DNA of 62,726 nucleotides, the filler included, from Squatina squatina (Eukaryota): assembly GCA_031763465.1 (NCBI GenBank). It is 3 parts of 3 records of this genome, joined end to end, with 100 filler letters (N's around TTAATTAATTAA, not from the genome) between each part and the next. Parts side by side here need not be neighbours in the genome. Positions count along the whole stretch, not along the records: positions 42,901 to 62,726 come from JARFOE010000168.1; 2 more parts are not named here. The stretch is one strand, 5' to 3'. Under the pieces are notes generated by a model. It ran no database searches and was not told where the DNA came from. It saw only the letters and a program-made list of their open reading frames with translations. This document shows positions 52,756 through 62,726 of the stretch, one piece after another (the stretch's first letter is position 1; every line of letters begins with the position of its first letter). The position numbers were made by a program, and so were the translations under genes.

Positions 52756-54098
52756 CCCTATAGGGCCAACACTAACATAACAGAGCACAGCAATTTTACC
52801 AAATAACAGGATTTCGCAATTAGTCCAAGCGGTTATAGATGGCAACCGTGTGACCATATGCAATCCCTTTAATGGCTGGCTGTACGTCAACAGGAAAGGA
52901 CAACGTCTTCTCAATGTGCAGCTTGTTTTCAGCCAGCAGTGCACTTTGGGAGGATGGGAATACTTGCTTCCCTCAGAGCTGCCACAATGACTTTCTTTTG
53001 AGGAGCTCCACAATGTCGGCACTCTTTAATCCAGAAAGCCAAGAGTGTGGGTAGCTCCTTAGGTATAAAAGCTATCCTCTAGAATCTTGGCTAATGACAC
53101 TAAAGTGACAGTAAAGTGCCCTCCCCGGAGCCCAGCTATGAAGCATTGTAATGAGGCCCATTTATCCACAANNNNNNNNNNNNNNNNNNNNNNNNNNNNN
53201 NNNNNNNNNNNNNNNNNNNNNNNNNNNNNNNNNNNNNNNNNNNNNNNNNNNNNNNNNNNNNNNNNNNNNNNTAATTTGTTAATTCAACTACTGCTCTGAA
53301 AATTATAATTTTTAACTAGGCGGAGGTAGGTTTTGTTTACAAATACAGTATTGACTAGGATAGTTATGTCTTGTGGTAAGTAACAGCTTTGGATATATGT
53401 GGTCAGGTTGAAGAATCATTTACCACAGTTGTTTTATTATTGAGACCGTTGCAGTCTCTGTAGAGAAGGATAACTACTATAGATCACCACATCACTAAAA
53501 TTTGCTGCTGTCAAGGAACAACTCATTTAGTGAGCGAACAGTGTTTTCAAAACCGTACATGGAACCTATTTTTAACCCAAATTCTTGAAATGGGTGTTTA
53601 TCTTGAAAGCACTCCAGCCCTTTCTGTCAACAGGTAAATGGGCATAAAGCTGATTTCTGAGGTTCCTTAATACAAATCAGCTGATGTCTGTCAAGTGTTC
53701 CTGTGCATAATAGCTGATTTAATAGCCAGAACTGTCGCAGAGGTGATGTGCTTGCTTTAAGTTCCATTCACTTGCTACAGAGTGCCACAGCACCTGTTTC
53801 TTTTTGACTGAACAAAGCTACTGTGCTGGTAACCATTGTCTTTAGACATGAAGGGTACCCCATTGAGATTAATAGCAACTGTCATAAGTCACTTAAATAA
53901 CTTTCAGAAAGGTGTTTAAATCGTTGAAACCAACAGAAGTGTCATGGGAGAGTACAAAAAGACAAAATTTGGGCATCCCAAAATTCAAAGCCCTAGTTAA
54001 TACGATCATATCAGGATAATTAGTTTCTGCTAATATTTCCACTTTTAGCATGATGGCCAGTATTCATTCTGAACTGATGTGCTTTTCTGTTGTTAAAG

Positions 54099-54219
54099 AT
54101 CTCCTGTGCCACTTCCTTTGGACCAGAGTTACGTCAACCTAAAGAACCAAGTCATAAAGGCAGAAAGACGAGTGCTAAAGGAGCTGGGATTTTGTGTTCA
54201 TGTCAAGCACCCTCACAAG
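54099..54219 (+). CDS. CCNL2: Cyclin L2 exon (human exon 4 equivalent)
   Basis: [40 protein letters not shown]; 121 nt. YVNLKNQ is CCNL2-type (CCNL1 has YINTKNQ). Confidence 0.9.
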
Positions 54220-57200
54220 GTTTGTCAACTTAACCTGCTATTTGAGATAGAAAAGAAACTTGTTTTACTAGAGCACTAGTTTATGGATAGCAGGTGGTTT
54301 ATTATAGTACGGTTCCTTCCCTTTTGTCAACAGCAAACTAAGACCATCAAAGACACAGGCCTAGATTATTTTACAACTTGCAGTTATCTCAATTGAGCTT
54401 TATTTTTCTACCGTAGATTGACCTAAAGTAGATCTCTGTATGAGGTTAATCAAACCCAATTATTTTACTGCATTATTTTCACAACCATTGGCTACTTCTA
54501 GCAGGATATCAGAAATACTGATTTTTGCTTCATACTTTAGAAGGGACAAAACATTTGTTTGAATGCAGTGTTATTACAGTGGTGGTACTGCTGAGCCACT
54601 GAAGATTGAAGGTCAGAACAATCCTGACAAGGTTTTTGGGGACAGTCCTCGTCTACTATTTGAACTCAATCAGGGTTGCAAGTTCGAACTCCAGCCTTTG
54701 CTGGTAAAACTTGCTTTATTGTGAATTTTGACTGTTCTGAGCATGTTTGGATGTTATTAGGTGGGTACAGTGCGCTTGATAAGCAGATCCTGGAAATCTG
54801 AAATAACAGAAAATGCTGGAAACACTCAGCAGGTCAGGCAGCATCTGTGGAGAAAGGGATGTATGGTTATCATTTCAGATCTATTACCCTCTATCAGAAT
54901 TGGAGTGCTGGATTTCCGTTTGAAGGATGGGGAATGGTAACACAAAAGGACTGTTTTTCAGGAGCTGTGCTGGAGTATGTCGCCTAAGTTATTACTGTCC
55001 CATATTCAAAATTATGGGATTGAAATGGGAAGGCCTGAAAAGCACCAATCATGAAATATTTTTACAACAGTTAAAGTGGAAATACTAGGAGTCAGACAAT
55101 TCATTTGACGTTGGGCAAAGGGTTCTAGTACTTTTTGGGGTCAAATTTTTACAGTCCAGAAATAAGTCGACAAAGCCACATGGTACAGTTGCAGTCCTCT
55201 ATCTTCATGACTAGAGGCTGAAGAGCCATGTTTTGGTTACCGGAAACTAGTGGATATAATGCTCTAGAGATTTTCCATTGGACGTTAGACTGAAACTTAT
55301 TCTGGTCCTGGATATCGGACCAGTGGAATTTAACATCTGAAATCAAAGGCAATTAGAAACACTGGAGAGACAATTGAGTAAGTGCCATCTGTATCGGTGT
55401 ATACAATTTTATTTCTTGCTGAAGAAATCTTGCGTACAAACCTACTTGCTGCATATTGAAAGTTCTCTTTTGACAAAGTGTATTTTTGCATAGATTGGCA
55501 GCATTTATAAAAAAAAAGGTGAATTCTTCAATATAAACTGGACCTTGGAATGGCAGGAGGGCAGTGAAGAGATGACAGGCAGAGAACTTTCCCCTCATCT
55601 GCCTCTGGTGGGTTATTTATCCACCTGGCGGCTGAATGTAGAAACAAAATTGTGGGATTACACATTCTATTGACCTTTAGTGTTGGGATAATTGTTTTAC
55701 AACCCCATAGTTCCAAAGGAAATTACTGAAATATGAGCAAATGCATTTGGGGGGCAAAGGTACTTGTAGGATAAACTTTGCCGCCTTCAGTCTACGCCGT
55801 CATAATTCACATAGTTTAGTAATTGGTTAAATGAGCCCTATTTCATCAGGACAGCTTTAATCACATCCGCTTTCTTCTCTCTTGCAATTCAAATGAGAGC
55901 AAGTGAGTTTAAATGTCAGTAAAGTCTGAAATTTTTACTTGAAAAGCACACTCTGAGAATACCGTGCTTTACCAGGTATGAGAAAATGTGCTCAAACACC
56001 TGAGGCTTAGTGCCTACCACGACTGGGTGCCAGAGATAAGCAGCGGCAAGTCTTCCGCTAGTGGAAACACTGTTGTGCATCCATGCCACGGCAAGAGGAT
56101 GAGGGTGATGCACTAACACATTTTATGAAGAGTTGCACTACTCATAAGTAACTCCTGGTGCCTGCTGTCCACCAGCTGAGGTTCAAACACAGATTTCTCA
56201 GTTGTTTAATGGCCAACTAGTGGCTGGTCCTCTTTGGTGAGAGGTGGAAAGCGGAAGTGCGTCCAGTGGCTCTAATATGACATACCAGATGATGGAAATT
56301 TGGGACTATGTCATCCCTCTGGAGCAGGCTTGATAATCAGACACCTGCATCAGGCAGGTCTCAGTAACCCAGGGCACGCCTGATGACTGGCCAGCCAATC
56401 TGGTTTTTTAATGGAACCTGGAGAGGTAGACTTGTCACTAAGAGCTGGGGTACTTCCCACCCAGTTCCAGGTAACCCTGCCAGCAAATATTCTAACATGT
56501 GGTCCTAAAAGACCAAGGGAGCTTGCCAGTGTTTTGCACTGGTTATACTCCAGCAGTAGCTCTCCAAACCCTTGCCATTCCCAAACCTTGGCTCTGTGAG
56601 CCTTCTGCTAAAATCTCTAGACTTGGGAAAGTGGGATGTGCACTCTATCAGGCAAATCAAAATTGCACAGGTGTAGATTTCTCAATAGCTTAGTTCAAAC
56701 ACTAAATGAGGTGATGGTTTTCCACACGTGTTAAGGTACCCATCTGACCAAAAAAAAGTCTCTTCATTATACACTGTGTCCAATTCAGACTCTACTGATA
56801 TATCGAAGATAAGCTCTGAATCGATCCAGCATGCTGACAATATTGTACAGCATTTGTGTTGATGAAAAATGAATGCAGTGCAATTCAGGAGACAAGTCTT
56901 GACTTGAACCTCCAGCAGACTGAAGTCTGGAGGTATGGGACCAACTCTAGTAGGCTGTTTCACATCATTTGGGGTTTGAACTGAATGTAGTGTAACTCTA
57001 ACCCAGTACAAAGCCATGTTTTAAAAGTGCTTAGGCTGCATTTCTTCAGCACTTTATAAAATTACTTGTAAACTGGTTTGGTTTTAATAGAGAGCCAACA
57101 CTCCAACCTGTGCTCTCCTAACATTAATAATTATTTGGTCTGGGAGTGTTAAGCAGAGTGCAAGATGCAGCTGGCAGTTGTAACTTGTGCTAGCTCCACA

Positions 57201-57794
57201 GTGCACTTTACAGATACTGACTGGTCTGAGACCAGAATCTCTAATATAACAGTACACTGAATTAAATGATGTGCTCAAAGTAGAAATGTGCAAAGACAAA
57301 TATAAACGTAGGCAATTTTCTATTAGTAGCAAATCCAAATTCAGGGTAACATTTTAAATAAATTGCAAGGATGTAATCTAATCTCGGGTTCGGTCACTGT
57401 CATAATCTGTGAGATCAAGTCTCAAGGTGAATTAATATCTAAACTCAGAAAGCTGGTTTTCTCCAAGACTCTAACCCAGTTATAATTTACCCAAGGACTA
57501 CTGTCGAATAATTTGTGATCAACATTAAAAAAAACCATNNNNNNNNNNNNNNNNNNNNNNNNNNNNNNNNNNNNNNNNNNNNNNNNNNNNNNNNNNNNNN
57601 NNNNNNNNNNNNNNNNNNNNNNNNNNNNNNNNNNNNNNTTAAAATCTGTATAATGAAGTTGTTTAGCTGAAAACGGCTGGTCAACTGAAGTGAAGAATAG
57701 GGGCGGTGTTAATGGTGTATTAGGTTCTGTTTACAACCACTCCACTAATGACTAATTGAGGTTCAGTTGTAACTCTATAACCTGTATCTTCCAG

Positions 57795-57859
57795 ATTATC
57801 GTTATGTACCTTCAGGTGTTAGAATGTGAACGTAACCGGCCTCTGGTCCAGACTGCATG
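57795..57859 (+). CDS. CCNL2: Cyclin L2 exon 5
   Basis: IIVMYLQVLECERNRPLVQTAW; ccag/gtaagt boundaries; 65 nt. Confidence 0.92.
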
Positions 57860-58471
57860 GTAAGTTGATTTTCTTTGTTTTTGTTAGATGACCAGCAAAG
57901 ACAGTGGCAGAAATATGTATCCATGTGTTTTTCTCCTTCCCCACCCTTCACTGTGCACCATTCCCTGGCTTATGGGCAGGATGGCAACCTTTGACCAGGC
58001 CACTGCTGCTCTTGTCAGCAAGGGAATGCAGGAGAGCATTCAGTGACTGATCCAAACACTTAAAAATGTATATAGTGATTTGTTTCTTTGTGGAGAGGTA
58101 CTTAATCTTTGCTATTCATCTCCCTTGACACAAAGCCAAGGTCAGAAAGTTACCGTGTGGGAAACCGCAAGCACAAAGTTAACTTACTGAATATGCCTTA
58201 GGAGAAGATTATGTTAATATACCTGTAACAGCTTCTGTTCGGTGACATTAATCCCATTTATCAGAACGATATCAAGGGAAAAAATGTGACTTGCTAGACT
58301 GTTGAATCTTATTTTTCAAACATGTACTGCCTGATTTATGTAAAAATCATACTAGGATAACATTTCATATTNNNNNNNNNNNNNNNNNNNNNNNNNNNNN
58401 NNNNNNNNNNNNNNNNNNNNNNNNNNNNNNNNNNNNNNNNNNNNNNNNNNNNNNNNNNNNNNNNNNNNNNN

Positions 58472-58640
58472 TTTTAAGGGCCAGCAGCCTCATCGAATAT
58501 GTCAGCGGGCAGCCATTTTGGGCGTTGTGCCTACTGATGATGTCATTGATGGCATCTAGCGCTGGACGCTGAGTTTCCAGTGCTAGAGGTGTAACGCCCA
58601 TTTAGCGCCAGCATAACGGGAGATGAATTTCCCATCGGTA
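58472..58640. mobile_element. MITE terminus related to the element end at 16358-16422
   Basis: GTAACGCCCATTTAGCGCC..AACGGGAGATGAATTTC is an approximate reverse complement of GAAATTCATCTCCTGTT..GCTAATGGGGCGTAAC. Confidence 0.5.
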
Positions 58641-58886
58641 AATTTAGCGCCCAAAATCAGCACGTTAATGCCGATTTTACACTACTTTAACGCCAAAAAA
58701 AATGACAAATTGGCTGCTCTATAACTCCAAGGGAGGGAGGCTATCGAGCGTTGTGGATAGCTTCAGGTTTACACTTCTCATCTTTCTCACCCATTAAATC
58801 ATGAAAGCCTTCTTGTCACTCCTTATACTGAACAACCCTCAACAACCCATTTTAACTTCTCTTTTTTTCTACTCTTTCGATCAAAG

Positions 58887-59028
58887 GGTAGACCCTGATG
58901 GTAAGTGACTAAGACTTCTGAACTGCCCTCCAAGCACTTTGATGCCAGGATGGCCCTAACTGGCTGCCACTTTGAACCAATCCATTGCAGGTTCTCCTCC
59001 AAGAAGGCTGACTGTCTAGTGAGAGGTG
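58887..59028 (+). other. CCNL2: CCNL2 alternative (poison/beta-isoform) exon in intron 5
   Basis: Long polypyrimidine tract ending aag|GGTAGACCCTGATGGTAAGTGACTAAGAC. Spliced to exon 5 it reads QTAW-VDPDGK*, compare recalled human CCNL2 short isoform QTSW-VASEGK*. Internal donor at 58901 and probable distal donor at 59029. Confidence 0.8.
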
Positions 59029-60906
59029 GTATATAGTAACTGGCCAACTGCTTCTTGTGTTAAACAAATATTTTTAAATTATTGAAATATTGATTTCTGT
59101 TTTATAAATATTAAAATGTTAAATTCTTAAAAGTAATCAGTAATTTTAATATGTATGTATATATAATAGCTTTAAATGTTTGATTAGAAACAATTATGTA
59201 ATGGTTCTATTTTTATTAATTGCTGTAATGGAAGAAAACCTAATCAAAAGATTGTTAATGAGACTGTTGAAACTCTTCTGACTGTTGTGCAGCACCTGTG
59301 ATATCTTGCAGCTTCTCAATTACTGATTTGGCTGAATCTTGATTACTGGGACTAATGAGCAAGAANNNNNNNNNNNNNNNNNNNNNNNNNNNNNNNNNNN
59401 NNNNNNNNNNNNNNNNNNNNNNNNNNNNNNNNNNNNNNNNNNNNNNNNNNNNNNNNNNNNNNNNNGACTAATGAGCAAGAAGATTTATTCTGTGCCGTTG
59501 TCGCTAAAGAAGACTGGGGAGAATTGAAAGTGCTTTCACTGAGTATTTGCATCAGATGTGACAGTTACCGAGAAGAGCACTTCCATAATATTTGATTGCG
59601 TGGCCCATGAGATTGGATAAAGACTGATTTCAAGTGTACAAAGAATCGAGTCACCTTATTGATCTTTAATCTGTACAGGCGTGAGAAGATATGTGACTGG
59701 AATATTGCCGGTGCATGGAAAAGCTGTTATTTTTTGTGATTTACATGCGTTTGTGATCAAGGAGACAAGAAATTCAGATATTCTAGCATGGATCATTATC
59801 TCGAGACTTTCATTTAAATATGGATGTTTTAAGTATGCCTTAATTTTACATTGCATGTCTTGAGTTGTATTGGTTTATCACGAGAGCAGGCCAGTGAGTA
59901 GATCAACACGGAGGTTAAAATGGGTTCTCTGCGTTTCTTTTTTTTTGTGTTCATTACCATACAGGGATCAAAATGCTTATTTGTGCAATACCTGCAGTTT
60001 TTTAAAATGGCTTATCCAGCATAGCTGTGGAAGAATAAATTGCCACTAAGTAAAAGATGCTGTAAAGTTATACCAGAGTTTTTAGTGAACGACATTGACA
60101 TTTCACGAATGACCCAATGTAATTCAAATATATTGGGAGCTGGTCTTCAGTGACTTTAGTGGTTTATTTTTGGCAACCTGATAATTCTTGTACAGATTTG
60201 GAATGTCTGGGTTTGAATCCCTGCTTCAACTGCTACTTGGGTATGGCTAACCTCTGGCCAAACTATGGAAATTGCTTAGATTCTGGTTGGGGTGTTGAGC
60301 ACTTTTGGAATACAAATTCTCTAGGGAGGGTTGCTATTCTGGGAGACTTAATTCATCTCCAAAAATTTTCAGTTTTACAGAAAAAAGTGTTGTTCAAAAT
60401 TATGCAGAAATCTGCAATTCATATAGATCTGCATACTTGAAAGAAGAGGAATAAAAAAAAATAGAAGTTGCAAAGTGTCATGTAGAAACTGCATTTAGAT
60501 TGAAGTATTGGATCAAAAATGTCTAAATGTATCAGAGTAGCTAGAATTTGCACTTTAGGAATTCTACTTATCTGACCAGGATGAATCCATGGAGCTGTGC
60601 TTTGGTTAGAAGCTGTAGTTTCTAGTCAAGAAATAAATTGTAATAGTGCTTGATCTGAATTGACAAATAAGTTATGGATGAGCCAATCTGCATCTTTGAC
60701 AAAAAGCATTTGGTCGTCTCCAGATTCTTTAAATTGTTCATTTTTTGTTTTTTCATTGTTCTACTTTTGGTTGTGCTACAAAAATAACAGAAAATTGAGC
60801 ATTTTGAACCCTGTGTGGCTGTTTAACTTTTCATTTAAAGCAGTTACTCTCAGAAATTAGCAGTATATTGGGTGGGTTGCCGCAACATTTTTGTTGTCTA
60901 TTTCAG

Positions 60907-61006
60907 GAATTATATGAATGACAGCCTGCGGACAGATGTGTTTGTCCGGTACAATCCCGAGACCATTGCCTGTGCATGTATCTACTTGGCTGCGAGGGCA
61001 CTTGAG
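60907..61006 (+). CDS. CCNL2: Cyclin L2 exon 6
   Basis: [33 protein letters not shown]; 100 nt; RTDVF is CCNL2-type. Confidence 0.93.
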
Positions 61007-62124
61007 GTTGGTGAACATCTGATTCCTCCCCACAGACACACTTTTCTCTGCTCTATTGAACGCGCTGTATTTTACCAGGATATAGTTCTACAGTTTCTGG
61101 CCAGCTGTCTAGTGTCACAGCCAAGTAGCCATTGTTCATATGATCCTCAACAAGCTACTTGAGCCAAACCCAATCCTGTCCAGACTGACATCTATAACAT
61201 GGAATTCCTGCAGCAGCTGGTGTTTTTGGCTCTGCTATTGCCATAACCAGCTAAGCAGTAGGGTTGTCTAAATTATATTATTGTATGGCAATACTGAAAG
61301 AAAGGCAATGTAGGACTAGAGAAGTTGCAGCTTTTCATCCAATAAATCTTAAGGAATTTTCAACTGTTAACCAAAACATTTAAATTTTAATATTTGGTAA
61401 ATAAAACTTACAATTAGACAGGTAAGTAGACAGGTGCGGCTATTAGACAGGTGCATGGATAGGGGTATGGCGGGTGTAGATTAATTTGTTTTCTGATCTG
61501 GGACAAAGGTTCNNNNNNNNNNNNNNNNNNNNNNNNNNNNNNNNNNNNNNNNNNNNNNNNNNNNNNNNNNNNNNNNNNNNNNNNNNNNNNNNNNNNNNNN
61601 NNNNNNNNNNNNAGAAAATCGTGACCAATCTTCTCCAGCAAGAAATCACTGGAAGTCAATTGGGGTTAGGAATGCTGACATATATTTAAAAAAAAAAAAA
61701 AAAATCTCCCTCCACCTCAGTGCACCATAAAGGCAAAGGCAACTTATTGCCTTGGCTATGATCAGCAAATGGAGCACAGATCAAATCTGGGTCCTTCAGG
61801 TCTATATGGTTTCGTACTACTCTGGCCAGTGCCTTTGTTCGGTAGGCCATTGGAGGAAGGAATCTAGTCTTTAGAAGGAGTCTTAAGTTTGGAGGCAGCT
61901 TACAAGTTTGCTTTGATCAAGGAAGAAAGAGGCATTGATATTGCTATTTTTATGCAAACTAGACGACCAATCATGCTGCATTTTTTTTTAATACAAAATG
62001 TGACTCTGCAGAGCCAGTAACCATAACGATTAGGTTAATTAAACTATTGCCAGTTGCATTGAGAATGCTAAACTCCAAGTAAATTAACTTAATGGCCATG
62101 TAATCTAGTTTAACTCTTTTGCAG

Positions 62125-62229
62125 ATTTCACTTCCAAATCGTCCCCATTGGTTTCTACTATTTGGAACAAGTGAAGAAGAAATGAAAGAAATCTGTGTGA
62201 AAATCTTAAAGCTCTACACCAGGAAGAAG
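62125..62229 (+). CDS. CCNL2: Cyclin L2 exon 7
   Basis: [35 protein letters not shown]; 105 nt. Confidence 0.93.
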
Positions 62230-62325
62230 GTTTGGAACTTAGATACAAATCTGTTGTATTGCCTTTGTTATTTTTCCTTTCAATGAAAATGAATTCTTAA
62301 TTTAGAATGTCAACTATTTTTGCAG

Positions 62326-62467
62326 GCAAATTTGGAATACCTTGATAGTGAAGTTGAAAAGCGGAAGGTGGCTCTTCAGGAAGCGAAAGCTAAAGCCAAG
62401 GGCCTTTTGCCAGATGGTACACCTGCGTTAGATGCTCCACCTAGCTTCTCACCATCCTCAAAACCAG
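62326..62467 (+). CDS. CCNL2: Cyclin L2 exon 8
   Basis: [47 protein letters not shown]; 142 nt; the gene continues beyond the window. Confidence 0.92.
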
Positions 62468-62726
62468 GTGCAAACTTTTTTTTATATTTGTGAAACTAAA
62501 AGCTGCTTGACTGAATTACCATTCATCCCACTACTAGTCATTTGATAGTTTTAGCACTCAACCAGCTAATTCAAACTTGATGTGTAATGTAATGATTCCA
62601 GTTATTTAGTTGTATAATCTTTATTAATAACTAATCACATGACTTCTGAAGCCCTCCTGCTCTAAATGTTAATTTAATTAACATTTAGAGCATTGAGGCT
62701 ACATATGTACCTCTTAATAGAAGTAG

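Noticed and set aside
54099-62467. Assignment to CCNL1
   Set aside because: Diagnostic residues (YVNLKNQ, RTDVF, LE-I, LPNRPHW, KIL.LY, GLLP) and the poison-exon sequence fit CCNL2 better, although a phylogeny is needed for certainty.

Overview
This is vertebrate genomic DNA, most likely from a cartilaginous fish (inferred from SacSINE1/Deu-type SINEs, shark-type CR1/L2/RTE LINE fragments and abundant Harbinger elements). It comes from a heavily gapped, apparently reference-guided scaffold. Two artificial spacers (44 N + TTAATTAATTAA + 44 N, at 16423-16522 and 42801-42900) split the window into three blocks that look like unrelated loci. Block 1 (minus strand) has the first coding exon of DNAI2, exons 2 and 4 of TTYH2 and the single coding exon of CDC42EP4; all three genes are human 17q25.1 neighbours. 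Block 2 has a CpG-rich ZNF143/NRF1-type promoter with unidentified exons, most PLK2 coding exons (plus strand), an orphan transmembrane exon and several decayed Harbinger transposases. Block 3 has cyclin L2 (CCNL2) exons 4-8 with a conserved poison exon, plus a Charlie-type hAT derivative. I found no convincing novel biological system. The best leads are the CCNL2 poison exon, a probable extra PLK2 intron, the unidentified promoter and exons, and an in-situ SINE hairpin. Gene identities and comparisons with human come from recalled sequences, not database searches.
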